Part shown: piece by piece, positions 49,216 to 62,155 of the stretch
Layout: each line of letters opens with the position of its first letter
Numbering within the stretch: position 1 is the stretch's first letter
Source of the DNA: Felis catus
Taxonomy: Eukaryota
Length of the DNA: 64,000 nucleotides
Direction of reading: 5' to 3'
Assembly (NCBI RefSeq): GCF_018350175.1
Contig: NC_058368.1
Location: forward strand, 57,104,001-57,168,000
Notes under the pieces: generated by a model
Told to the model about the DNA's origin: nothing
The model's input: only the letters and a program-made list of their open reading frames with translations
Databases searched by the model: none
Program-made: the position numbers and the translations under genes

Positions 49216-51827
49216 AAAAATCTACTCATTTCAGAGTCCAGGAGGCCACAAGAACAGAAAACAGCAGATATGTGCTTAATGTATAGTGAAGACTTGTTAT
49301 ATAGTGTACATTTTGTATAGTCAGCCATGTGAAAAGATGAATGGAAAAAAATCACATTAATATTAGATTTTGACTTCAATTACTAATGCATTTCTTCTCA
49401 CAGCTTTTGATATGTAAAAGTATTCCATCACTTTTCCACCTTTCCAGAAGCCTGTGAGTTACTTGTGGGCCATTTCAACTAAAATCTAATCTAGTCACTT
49501 ACCCCTCACAACAACCACCTAAAACTATAAATGCTAAATTTGCTATACTACTAAGGTAAATCCCTATATGGATGAATACAATTACATTCACCCGTCATTC
49601 TGAGCTTGTAATACATCTAATCTCCTCAGAACCTCAGGTTTTAAAAAAATTATAAACAATTCCAATGATAGAGTTGAACAATTACTTTGCAGATGAACTA
49701 AGTCTTGTTTAAATCTTATTGACTGCATTCTCTCCCCGGTGCTATTGCTACTATTTTGGCTATTTATCCCTTTCCCTCACTGCTTCCCAAGCCAAAAAGA
49801 AGAAAATTCTTTTAGATTACATCACAGGGTTAACACTCCTCTGGTAAAAGAATATCCACATATCAGGGGGAAAAAAAAGAAAAATGGGATTGAATAGAAA
49901 ATATTACAAAGATGTTGGCTGTTCATCACTCTAATTGAAAATAGTCCTTTCCAATAAGGAATTCTAAACTCCATTTCTCAACAAATTATTTTCAGAAAAG
50001 GTACTGGTGCCTAGACCATTAACTTTGTACTGACCTTATCAAAATATTATACAATAAACCTCTCTACATGCAACATATATATGCATATGTATAATCTGTC
50101 TACACAAATTTATGAAGCAGTCTGAAGTCATTCAGTATTAGTGTCCCAGGTTCCTTTTTTTTCTAAATTCAGATTTACCAGATCTTTTCTGAACCTCTCC
50201 TATTCTGCTGGCATTGTTTTAGGCATTTTTAGGGTGTTACCTCTTTGATGTTTACGAAAATTCTAGCATGTCCATTGTGCTACTGAAGTACTGATAGGGA
50301 AGGTATTAACCCCTCCAACAGTCTTAGGGGTTATTCTTCCCTGTCTATGACCCACAGATAACAACAGACATATCTAGTAACCAAATCTTCTGAAACCAAA
50401 TCAAACCCCAGCTTTGGTTTGCACAAGTTATCTTTCTAAAATGTTAATTATGCAATATTATCAAGTCATCTAATCTTCAGAGACATGCAAAGTCTCTAGA
50501 TGCAAAATACTTAGTGTATGCCCTGGTCATTTGAGCCAATGACTTGATATTGATTGGTCCTAATGCATTCTGTCAAGACCTCTGCCTTAGAACAGTTTCT
50601 AGAATAGGTCACTCAGTCATATTTAACTATTATTATTTGCTAAAATTTCAGCACCTTTCTTGAAGCGAGGTGTTGGTTCTTTTGCCAACTTTAAAAAATT
50701 CCACTCATAAAACCAAAGTAGGAGAAATCATTTTAGCAGTATTTAATACAGTATGCTTTGCCTCATTTGGCTTTTCAGTTGAAAATACAAAGCCTCACGT
50801 GTATCATACAAAATGACAAGAGGACCTATGCCAATTATGCACTGGCTTGATTGATTCAATTTTATTTAAGCACCTCCAGATTTGTTTTAATATTTTCTAT
50901 TTTATTTTAGATTCTTTACAATGAGAAATATGTTTAATATAAATAAGTAAATTGACTTTCTTTGGGGACTTTTAATTAGCAAGTTAGTAAAAACTAATTA
51001 TCCCTAATTATACTTTTACCAGGTAATAAAAGATCATTTGCTGCAAAATTAGGTTTTCTCAAATAATAAACCTCAAAATGCTATAAAAATATATGAACAC
51101 ATATGCATATGTTTATCATATATGCACATTATTTGTATATAGTATTTTAAAGCACATTTGATTTACATTAAAACCTATTTTGTACTGAATTACTATAGGC
51201 TATGGGAAATCTTGTAGATATATTGTCCAAGGACATTACTTAAAATAAAATATAATAAACATTCTATTATAACATGTCCTCTTAAGTTTAGAGCATTATA
51301 TTATAAATAGAAAGTCTTACTTAAGTCTAGCTTAATATTAAGTAAAGAAATAATATACTTAATAAAATTTATCAAGAAATTAGTCTTCTAACGGATATTG
51401 AAGAATATTATCAGAATAGGTTAAGTCATAAATTCCATTTTACCCAAAATATAGATATAATAAAGACATTAGCGGAAATTGACATGCTGATATCAACCTA
51501 GTATGATTTGCTTGAATTTATTCAAGCGAAACATTCACATTTTAGTATAAAATATTTGGGTTATTATTGTTTTTAATTGAACAATGCTCAACTGCCACGA
51601 ACATCAAGGACTTACTTTAATATGCCACTAAAATTAGAAGTAATCACAGTAAAATACCTTGATTCCACACATAAATTCTCCCCACACTTGACAGGACCTT
51701 TAAAACTAACATAAATAGAAAGAACATGAGTGGGGAAAGTGTTCCAAATCTCCCAGTAATAAAAGATATTTCAGAAAACTAGTCCATGAAAATTTGCTTG
51801 ATGTGACACCCTCCCTTTGTCCGTTTA

Positions 51828-52050
51828 TGCAGACTCTGAAGCTGGACTGTTTGGATTCGAGCCCCAGCTCCAACACATGCTTCTGCAGAACCTTGGAGTA
51901 GTAGCTTAACCTTTCTGTGCCTCTGGGTTCTGATCAGTGAAACACTGCTGATAATATTAGTACCTACCCCACTTGGCACTTGGGGATGAAATGACTCAAC
52001 AATGCCAGTGTCTAGCAGGTAGGAAAGATTCTGTAAGTGTTATCTGCTAA
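51828..52050 (+). mobile_element. MIR SINE
   Basis: GACTCTGAAGCTGGACTGTTTGGATTCGAGCCCCAGCTC (B-box region); CTTAACCTTTCTGTGCCTC; ATAATATTAGTACCTACC. Confidence 0.85.
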
Positions 52051-53608
52051 GTCTTACCATCCATTTTCTTTTTCCTAGACATGGATAAAACCACTTTTAT
52101 GTACATTTCCTTTTACTTTCAGCAAACAGGACTAATAATATAATATTCAATTATCTTCACTGAAATTTCATAATGGCTCTGACCTTTATTTCCAAAGATC
52201 TTGCTAAGAACAATGAGATTCTTACCTAAACTGAGGAACTAGAACAGCACAAGAGACAGGAATATGCTATTACATGTACTTAGGATCCTTTATGCAATCA
52301 AAATTATCTTAATAAGAATGTCATTAACTATACAAAATGAAGATAGTTTTTCAAACTTGCACATTATACTATAGCTAATGATAAGAATGATTAAATGTTT
52401 AAGTATATTACACTGAAGAATATGATTTTAAAGAGGACTATTCGACATACACATTTAGACCTGTTTAACTTATTTTTGTATTTTGTATTTTTTATGCTGT
52501 CACTTTGGAACCTGAATTAAAGGCCTAAATTGAAGTCTGTATCTTAATAATATCAAAGCAAGTTAAATCAACTAAAAATTAATGCTCTATCAAAATGGAT
52601 ATTACTGATGCAGTTCCTAAATTGAAATACCTGTGTAATCATAACATTTTGCAATTCTATTATCTTTTTGTTGTCTCAGATGTTTCACAAATTTCTCACA
52701 AATGTCCACACAAGGGTGTTGTTATCTCTCATTGCATTGAAACTTTCCTTTAGGTTAAACAATATTTCTGCAACAGAACACTGACTTCATATACATTTAA
52801 ATACCCCAAATTGAAATGATCTCTTTTTTTTCTTTTGAAAATACCTGAGAAACTTAAATCCATAGGATACATCTATGAAAGTGATAGAAGACAAGAGACC
52901 AGAGTTCATATTCAAGCTTCCAAACCCAATCAGAAAAAAACAGAAACAGATAAATATGTAACTTGATGTATTACCAAGATTTATACGATCTCAAAGGTTG
53001 CCTAGTTTAAGGAGTTGATAAAGTAAGGGGCAATTCTTTTCAAAATCCATTAAGTGAGACCATCAACCATTGTTAATTTGTTGTTCCCAATCACAATCTA
53101 TTTAGGTTGGAGGAGGGTACCAGCTCTGACAATTTTGTGAATTTTCCAGACACTGCAGTGATTTGAGTTCACTTCTCAAATCTTTTCTCCTTAGCGTGTG
53201 CTGTCAAGAGCCACTGTCAGATTACGCTGGTGGCTGTAATTAAGTTGTCAATGAATGTCTGTGCATCTGGCATTCCGCTAACCTCTCAATACATATGTGA
53301 TGTCACAATCAGCTTTCAAACACATTGTTTTTTATGAAATGAGGAGCGTACCGCTATGTCTCCTGAAGTTGAATCATTTTCTCCATATTTATGTCAGTTT
53401 GTGATAATAACAACCCTAGGGCATCTATCATGTTTCTGGCATGATACCAGTGTCAACACTAATAGGATGCACACTGACTGCCTTCAAGTAGTTTACCTTT
53501 TCCAGGGGAAAACAAAACAAAACAAAAGAAAACCTTTCCGCTTACATTTCTAGCATTGTCCGTAACTAGTTCTACTCATGTGACAATTTTCTTTTAATGT
53601 ACTTGGTG

Positions 53609-53640
<32 letters not shown>
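53609..53640. repeat. (TAT)n microsatellite
   Basis: ~10 TAT units. Confidence 0.95.
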
Positions 53641-53659
53641 GCTTCTCAACAAGAAATGG

Positions 53660-54300
53660 TTAAACCAGCCCTTTCATATACTGCTGGTGGAGTATGAATA
53701 TAATATGTATTCTTTGAACAGCTTTTGGAAATCTGTATTAAAATGATAAATGCCATTCTGTTGAACCCAGCCATCCTATTTAAAGAGTCTATGTATACTA
53801 TATATGCTGCCTCATGTGAGAGATAGATCACATCATTTTCTTATAACAGAAAATGTGGAAATACTATGAGCTTCCCTAAATGACACATTAAATAAATTAT
53901 AGTGTATGTGTCTGTGTCTATATTTGTGTACACCACATCCTACAAAGTATAATATGATCTCATGCAAAGCATGAGGATCATTTTTTTCCTATATTATTGG
54001 GGGGAAATCTCCATAATATATTAAGTGAAAAAGCAAGAATGCAGAATGATGCATGTAGTATGTGGCCAACTGTATTTTAAAAAGGGTCAAGTGGATGAAT
54101 ATATATAATACATAACTGCTTAAATACTTATAAATGCACAAAGAATATCCAAGAACTTGTTATATTTTTGCCTCCTGGGAGATGAATTGGGTATTTAAAA
54201 GACACGAAGAGGGAAAGTATTTCTTAATTTATATTTCTAAGCCTTTAGAAAGGTGAGTTACAAGAATGTTTTACCTTAATAACAATCAAAAACTAAAAAA
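53660..54300 (+). mobile_element. L1ME-like 3' end fragment
   Basis: TTCATATACTGCTGGTGGAGTATGAAT; TTGAACCCAGCCATCCTA; ATATTAAGTGAAAAAGCAAGAATGCAGAA; TGCCTCCTGGGAGA. Confidence 0.75.
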
Positions 54301-55339
54301 AAGAGTAACTTAAAAAAGGTTTACCTAACTTCTTTCTGTCTGAGTCTCTCCAAAGTTTCTCATTTGATTAATAGCTGTTTACCCCCGAAAGATTCTGGGG
54401 CCTACAGAATGCTAATTTCATGAGTTCAAAGTATAGCATCACATCTTCATTATTTAAGGTTCAACATATTTAAAACTGAAGACATTTATTATACTTCAGT
54501 GTAGCTCTTCTTCAGGACTTTTATATCTTTACCACAATTTGGAAATTAAAAACGATAAATTTTGAAAATTAAATAAAATTTAAATAACACGTGGTCATGA
54601 AAACATTAAAGAAATTTAACGACAGTTCTCTTTTCTTGGACCCACTACAAAGAATAATTAAAAGAAAAGGCCGGGCATATTTTAGATATGGGTGAGACAC
54701 TGCTTTAGAGTTAGTTTATTTTCTCTAAGTAATTATTTTAAGAAAAATTTTTGGATATTTTAATTATAGGTCTGGCTAAAAGCACTATGAATTGCTTTTA
54801 GAAGCAGCTGGAAACTTGATGTTTTATGGATAGGAATTGAACTTACATAAATAAAATAATCCTACAATTGGAAAATTTTTAAAAGCTTAAACTAGGTAGG
54901 TAAACATACAAATTATTATGGAGTATATGTAAAATTTAGGTTATTATCTATTAGCAGTAAAAATAATTGCAGAAAGCACAAGAGTAGTTTTTTTCCCCTG
55001 AATATTAAGAACATGTTGTATCTTATGATCTTTAACAAGTGTGCGCATGTACGTTTTGATAGTTAGATGAACCTCCTGATCCATCTCCTGCTCTCTTAAT
55101 TTTCTACATATACCAATGAACTTTTAGGTTATAAAAATTTCACCCTCCATTGTTTTGGTTACTATATCTTAATGATTTAGTACTTTTTTCTGTCTCCATT
55201 TTATGCCACAGGTCATTCGCTTCATAAAATAACGAACACAGTCCATCTGTAGCCATAAAAAATATGGCCCTAACTATCTCAATTTAAAGTACAACCTGAA
55301 AAATGAATTTACTAAAATTTCAACTGGCCAATTTGTTTA

Positions 55340-55554
55340 TTTTTTTTCTAATGTTTATTTATTTTGAGAGCAAGTGAGCACACACAAGTGGGGGGCGGGG
55401 CAGAGAGAAAGGGAGAGAGAGGATCCCAAGTAGGGCTTGGGTCTGCTGTCAGTGCAGAGCCCAATGTGGGACTTGATTCCACCAACCGTGAGATCAGGAC
55501 CTGATCTGCAATCAAGAGTCAGTCGCTTAATTGACTGAGCCACTCAGAAGCCCC
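55340..55554 (-). mobile_element. Can-SINE
   Basis: Antisense full copy; TSD TGGCC(A/C)ATTTGTTTA. Confidence 0.95.
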
Positions 55555-56580
55555 TGGCCCATTTGTTTAAATATGAATACTTAAGTACAGTTTACCTTCT
55601 TAAGTAAGCAAGAAATATAGATGATAGAGGTGGAGGTGGGGAGAATGGCAGGATATCATGGACATATGCGGAAGAGGAATATTATAATTAAATTTAAGTT
55701 ATGGGTAATTTTGTGGTATAATCTGGCTACCGGTAGAAAAAGATTTAAAAAAATATATATCCCCCTATAAAATTTTCTATGGACCTTGTACTTAGAAAAA
55801 ACATCAATGATAAATGGAAAAAGTAACTATTTTGTTACTTGTTATATGTACTATATGACAGACACTGACTCAGAAACTTTGCATTGTCATATATTCTATT
55901 ACTTAATCCTAAGGACTGAAGTAGCTTGCTCATTCATTCATTCATTCAACAAATATTAGTGAACACCTACTCCTATGTATCAGAGATCTAGAAAGAAACA
56001 AACAAATGCATCTTTATACAGCTTACAATATGGTGGTAACATGATGGCACTAAATTATCATCAATAAATCAATAAATCATGCATACAGTATTTTAGAAGG
56101 TGACTACACTATGAAAAATATAACCGGTAAGGAGGCTGGTAAAAGCTCACCCAGGTGTCAGTTTTTAATAAGATGGTTAGAGTTGACTTCACTGGAAGAC
56201 ACACTGTAAGCAGTAAGGGAAATGGCCTTGCAGCTATTTAGGGGAAGAGTGTCCCATGCAGAGGAAAAAGCTAACACGAAAGTCATAAGTTGTGGTGGCC
56301 TCATGGAGGACCTGTTTGAGGAACAGCAATAAAGGCAATATAGCTATAATGAAGTGTGTAAGAAAGACTACTTGGAAATGAGATCAGAACAGTGCATGGA
56401 TGGAAGTGATGAGTTAAGCAGGGGGAAAAGTTGTAGGGCTGTGCAGTCCCTTTTAAGGACATTTCAGCTTTTACTTTGAAATAAAATGGGGAAATAGTGT
56501 AGGGCTCTGAGGAATTACACCACCTAATGTACATATTAAAACACCCTCTAGGCTAATTTTCAGACTGTTGTGGGACAAAC

Positions 56581-56975
56581 TGCATGTCAACTTCCCCAGG
56601 AAATAGCCCCTGAGATAGAAATCTCAGGCATGATGTCTATTTAGGAACAGTGACAAGAACACCTGTGAGAAGTGAGGAATGCGGGATCGGGCAGAGAAGG
56701 AATTTCAAATGCCATAAGACCTCAGCAAAGACCTCAGCTGATCCCAAGATATTGTAGACCTGAGATGTCTCTGCTGAATTCGTTCTAATTGGTGACACAA
56801 GTTACCATCATTGAGGAGGTGTATGCTTAAAAAAGGCAGGTACCTATGACTAAGAGAAAATCCAAGGGAGGGATTCACTTGTGACCTGTCAACAAGCAAC
56901 ATTTCCAGCAGATATTGGAGATGAATGTATCATTCCAAAGGAGAAACCTAGGCAGGCACAACAGCACCCACTGTA
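56581..56975 (-). mobile_element. ERVL LTR (LTR33/LTR16-like) inserted in the L2
   Basis: TTCCCCAGGAAATAGCCCCTGAGATAGA...AACACCTGTGAGAAGTGAGGAATGCGGGATCGGGCAGAG...CAACAGCACCCACTGTA. Confidence 0.65.
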
Positions 56976-57283
56976 ATGCACAGGAAGGAAGCATAGGGAG
57001 AATGTCTAGGCTACTGCAGTGGTCCAAGAAAGATATCATAATAGCTTGGACCAATATGGTGCCCTTGGTGGGAGAGAACACTAATTCAATTCTAGACATA
57101 TTTGGAAAGCAGAGTCACCAACATTGCCTGAGAGATTAAATGAGGAGTGTGAGAAAAAGAGTACAATTAGGAATAACTCTGAGGTTCTTAAGCTGTGCAA
57201 AAGTAGACAAAACAACCATTAACTGATATGAGAAACTTGAAAGTAGAATAGGTAAGAGGAAGAAACTTAAGAGCTCATTTGTA

Positions 57284-57520
57284 GGGGTGCCTGGGTGGCT
57301 GAGTCCGTTAAGTGTACATCTCTTGATTTCCACTGAGATCATGATCTCACAGTTCATGAGACCAAGCCCCATGTTGGGCTCCACATTGGGCATGGAGCCT
57401 GATGAAGATTCTCACTCCTTCTTCCTTTGCTCCTCCCCTGCTTGCAATTTCTCTCTCTCTGTCTCTCTCAAAACAAAACAAAACAAAAATTTAAAAAAGA
57501 TCTTCTCTCTCTCAAAAAGA
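57284..57520 (+). mobile_element. Older Can-SINE with duplicated 3' end
   Basis: Head, body and tail plus an extra CT/A segment; TSD AAGAGCTCATTTGTA/AAGAACTCAATTTTA. Confidence 0.93.
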
Positions 57521-58625
57521 AAGAACTCAATTTTATGCATGATTTGTGGATATCTGTAAAATAATTACATGGAAACCTGTTGGAAGTTGGTCAGTGATTC
57601 CCTGAAGTCTATATTAGATACATAATTTGGGAATCATTAATATGCATAATATGCACTTGGTTTTTAACATCACAGGACCAGATGAGATAAACAGTGAAGG
57701 GACTATGAATAAAGGAGAGCGATAGCTTACATCCCAAGAAATCCAAAGTTAAAAGGTCAGGACAAAGATGAACAAAGGGGAAAAAAAAATTAAGAAACAA
57801 TGAGGTGGGGAGAAACCAGATTAAATTTTTTTCCAAGAAGCTGATTGAAGAAAACGGTTCCAAAAGGAGGCATTATTAACAGGTGCAAATGCTTGTGGAA
57901 TGCTAAGTAAGAAGCAGACTGAGAATTGACTGTAGCACTTCGCAGTGTAGATGTCATGCATGACCTTGACAGGAACAGTTTCATTAATAAAAATGGAGGT
58001 AAAAATCTGATTGGAGTGGATTGAAGCGAGATGGAAAATAAATGAAGGGATGGATAATGGGAAATTCTTTCAAGAAGCAGCTCCACCAGGGAAGGAAGGA
58101 TCCAATACAGTAGCTAGTGAGATAAGTGGACACATAAGGTTTTTGTTTAAGACAAAAGGAATTACAGCATAACTTTATGCTAGTGAATGATCTGAAGAAA
58201 AAATTGATGATGCAATATAGCAATAATTATTGCTGTAGATATGTCCTTGAGTAGGCTAGTGGTACCGGGATTTAATGTAGAATCACATGTGTGTGTTTGC
58301 ACAAGGTAAAGCTGATAGCCTTAGTAATGAAGAGAAAGCGAAGTGTATATGGTTAAAGATATTGGTACAATGGTTGAATGGGGGCTATACTGACATCCTC
58401 AGTGAAATACTTAAGCTCATCCACTGAGATTGAGAATGACAAAAAAGGTCATCATGAATGGTGTGGGACAGTGACAAAGTACATGAAATAGAGAAATAGT
58501 GGACTAATCACTGTCTGATTTTTTTTTCCTCTTTCTCCTGCTAGTTAGCAGGTGCAGCCTGCGTGGAGAACTGGGTTGAGTAGGAGTCTTGGCTGCCAAA
58601 CAAACAAGTTAGAGAGCATAGAGAC

Positions 58626-58628
<3 letters not shown>

Positions 58629-58704
<76 letters not shown>
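58629..58704 (+). repeat. Pure poly(A) tract, 76 nt
   Basis: Uninterrupted A run between GAGACAGT and GGATCC. Confidence 0.97.
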
Positions 58705-58709
<5 letters not shown>

Positions 58710-59126
58710 CATGAATACTAACAAGGAATTTAACCATCATAATAAGAAAGGAAAAGGTATGTAAGTGGGGATGAGGGATCATAAAATAGTTATAGAATCA
58801 GTGGGGTTTCATTCTCATTAGGTCAAAGCTTGTTGGAATATTTAAATACTAAAAGATTTTCTCTCGAAATGTAGCAAAGATTAAGGAGAGCCTGATTCAA
58901 TGAAATACAGATTGGAATAAATACAAGTCTCATTTACAGCAACTATCTTGAGTTTTCCAATCTTAATTCACCAAGTGACAATCACTTATACTAAGAAATC
59001 TATCTCTGACATTTCACTAGTATTTTATCACTTCCTTAGACATTAGTCAAATCTCACATTTTCCTCTTCCTTGACATAAGCACATAAAATATTTGCAAAT
59101 TGTATCGTCAAGAAAACCATTTCCTT

Positions 59127-59330
59127 GGGGTGCCTAGGTGGCTCAGTAGTTAAGTGTCTGACTTGATTTTGGCTCAGGTCATGATCTCAGGGTTGTGAGA
59201 TCAAGTCCTGCCTCGGGCTCCAGGTTGAGCGTGGAACCTGCTTAAGATTCTCGATTCTCTCTTTCTCTTTCTCTCTTCCTCTCTCTCTTCCCACCCCGCT
59301 CACACTCTGTCTCTATAAAATTAAAAAAAA
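59127..59330 (+). mobile_element. Older Can-SINE
   Basis: Head, body and tail; TSD AAAACCATTTCCTT/AAAATCATTTTCTT. Confidence 0.95.
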
Positions 59331-60769
59331 AAAATCATTTTCTTGCTCATATTCTTCCTGTTGTTTCCATTTTAAAAGAAGAGGAAGTTCAGTGGTTCCA
59401 GCTCCTTTACTTCAGCCCTACACTTTTATTTCAAAAGTGCCAATAAAGAACAATGTTAAAAGATGTTGAGGGACTTTCTCCTTACTCCCAATAGAATAGG
59501 AACATCACCATGGATTTCTCCAGTTAAAAATAATGAAGCCTGTTATTATTTTAACAGTTCAGTTGACTATTCTCATAAGATCAACATTGAATATTTATGC
59601 ATGTATAAGGTGATGTCCCAAAAAGTTATTAGACAAGTAAATGGCTGATTTGGGATTGAAAACCAGGACAGCAAGGTGTTCACTTTTGTTTGTTAAAAAA
59701 ATATTGACTTTAAATTGTTTTCAGCTGTGCTCTAAAATTAAAATGGGCAAATTGTGAACTATTCTTACCTATTCTTACCTTTGAGATATATATTTTTATT
59801 TTTGTTTTAATTTCGATAAGCTTTGAATTCTTTCCTTGAATTTTCAAAACGAACTGATGACCTGACAGTGGTTCATCATACAATTGGAAAATTCTGGTTA
59901 CCAGCCAGCCACCTCACCCTGTCAACTCAATATGTGAGTAAGACCTGGAAAAAAAGTAGGCCAGTTTTTCTTTTTCTCTGTGACTCAGCCTTTCTCCATT
60001 TTTTTGTTTTGTTTTGTTTTGTTTCTTTCTGTGTGTGTTTGTGTTCATGAGTGTGTATGTATGCTCACACATTCATGTGTGTTTCTGAGGGCTTAAAAAG
60101 GAAAAGGAAAAATAAGGGAAAATGCGTGAAACGTATCGAGTGCACGTAGGCCAAGCAGAATGGAGGCAACGTGTAAAAAGAATGTCAGTTGTACCCACAT
60201 TTCAGAGACAGCAATGTCCTTTCCAGCTTTCAAGATTAATTTTATTCTCTTTTCATACCTACCACTTTAGAGAAGCAAAATGTCATTTTCCTTTGAGAAG
60301 AAAATGTAATCCAAGATACATTGTTTACTAATGACTTAAATCATAAATTTAATATTTTGCAAAGTATTATAATAATTGCCTTTGAAAATTTTTGAAGACA
60401 CATGCAATTAAAAGGAAATATATCAGGTGTACTAAAACAGCTGCTTGTGATGGAAGAGGTAAATGGGAGTAAGGAACGGGATATTATGAAATGATTATAT
60501 CTCTCTACGCATTTATATACATATAATGAAGGTGGAGATAATGGCTTGGATAGGACCAAGGATAATAGTGGACCCTGAAAAGAGGCATACAATTAAATCA
60601 GCCCCCTGTACTTAACAAAAAAAAAATTTATGAAACAATTTATGAAAAACATTCATGAAACAACTATTTGTGATATAATAGTAATAATAAGTCAAAATAT
60701 ATATAATCTCTGTATTCATAGATAAGATAGTCCGATACTGGCAATTCCATGTTATTTAAACTTACCTAA

Positions 60770-61095
60770 AAATAACAATTCATATTTACTTGGGATATCA
60801 TACTCAGAACATTTTATGCCATCCTTACAAACACGCCATGCTCTACTTGGGAATTACCAATGTTAGAGATGGTTATATTGATGCTCAGAGAAGTTAAGTT
60901 GCTCAAAGTTAGAGAGTTATTAAACATCAACCTAGATTTTTTGAATCCTATATGCCTTATGAAAGTGGTCATGTGCAAGTGTTCTAGCCCTTGTTCCACC
61001 AGGGATTGTGAGAAGTCTTAGATTTTAATATCTTTAATCTATAAAATGAAAAAATTAGATTACATGACCTGACTCATAACTCAAAATCTATCAAA
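60770..61095. mobile_element. MIR/MIR3 fragments
   Basis: ATTGATGCTCAGAGAAGTTAAGTTGCTCAAAG (antisense core) and ATCTATAAAATGAAAAAATTAGATTACATGACC (sense). Confidence 0.55.
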
Positions 61096-61277
61096 GATCT
61101 TTAATTCTATTTATCCTCTTAATAAAGTTATCGTTATTATTATTTTTGCATTTACTCTGGGAGTATAATTATTCTTCCTTATTCATTACCTTGCTAATTA
61201 GCTGAATGGGTTACGGAGATTGGCTAAATGAAACACACTGTTTCGTCGAATTAGTCCTGCAAAGATCTGTTTATGTT

Positions 61278-61486
61278 GGAGGCACCTGGGTGGCTTAGTC
61301 AGTTAAGGGTTCGACTTCAGCTCAGGTCATGATCTCATGTGGGTTCAAGCCCCACATTGGGCTCTGTGCTGACAGCTCAGAGCCTGAAGCCTGCTGTGGA
61401 CTCTGTGTGCTCTCTCTCTCTCTGCCCCTCCTCTGCTTGCACTCTCACTCTCTCTCAAAAGTACATAAAAACATTAAAAAAAAATT
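61278..61486 (+). mobile_element. Can-SINE
   Basis: Full copy; TSD AAAGATCTG(T/C)TTA. Confidence 0.96.
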
Positions 61487-61935
61487 AAAGATCTGCTTAG
61501 GCTGAAAAGTAAGAGGGTCACCTGTGAAGTCTGTCATTGCTATCCTTTATTAAATGATCTTGTTCAGTTTCCTACAGCAGTGGCATTCACATATGTTTTT
61601 GTGGTTAAGTCTTTGATTTTTCAAATGCAACTTTACAGAGAAACGGTTATAAAACAGACCTGAATAGTGTGCTCTTGTTGAAGTAGTGGAGAATGGACCT
61701 GAGCTGTTGCCTCTGTTTGACTATGTTTAAATGTCCCCCAAATCCTGAAGCTCCAGGAAATCCAATTTGACAACTGTCCAATATTTGTACATTGTGTTGC
61801 CTTGTATGTATAAGAACACTAAAGAAACTAAATCTTTCATTGTATTTCCTCAAAGTTTCAGTATTCAACATATCATTTTCAAAATGGTCTGTGTTTCATC
61901 ATCTATAAATAATGGCTAAAAAAACATAAAATCCT

Positions 61936-62155
61936 GGGGCACCTGGGTGGCTCAGTCATTAAGCAACCAACTCTTGGTTTCTGCTCAGTTCATGATCTTG
62001 CGGTTCATGAGTTCGAGTCCTGCATGGGGTTCTGCGCTGACAGCATGGAGCCCTCTTGGAGTTCTCTTTCTCTTCCTCTCTCTGTGCTCCTCCCCTGCTC
62101 TCTCTCTTTCTCTCTCTTTCTCTCAAAAAATGAATAAACTAATAAAAAATTAAAA
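61936..62155 (+). mobile_element. Can-SINE
   Basis: Full head, CT tract and A tail. Confidence 0.95.

Larger units (their letters stand above)
55928..58850 (-). mobile_element. Long L2 (L2a-like) 3' portion, interrupted by an LTR, a SINE and a poly(A) tract
   Basis: (CATT)n CAACAAATATT...CACCTACT tail; purine-rich body with AGATGTCATGCATGACCTTGACAGGAACAGTTTCA and CTGATTGGAGTGGATTGAAG; 5' limit approximate. Confidence 0.85.

Noticed and set aside
58552..58764. Poly-lysine ORF
   Set aside because: Produced by the A76 tract within L2-derived sequence.
59760..59963. Duplicated minus-strand donor (ATTCTTACCT x2) with an upstream TTTTTTTCCAG acceptor
   Set aside because: The 10-bp duplication is explained by slippage; the enclosed sequence does not look coding and has no other support.
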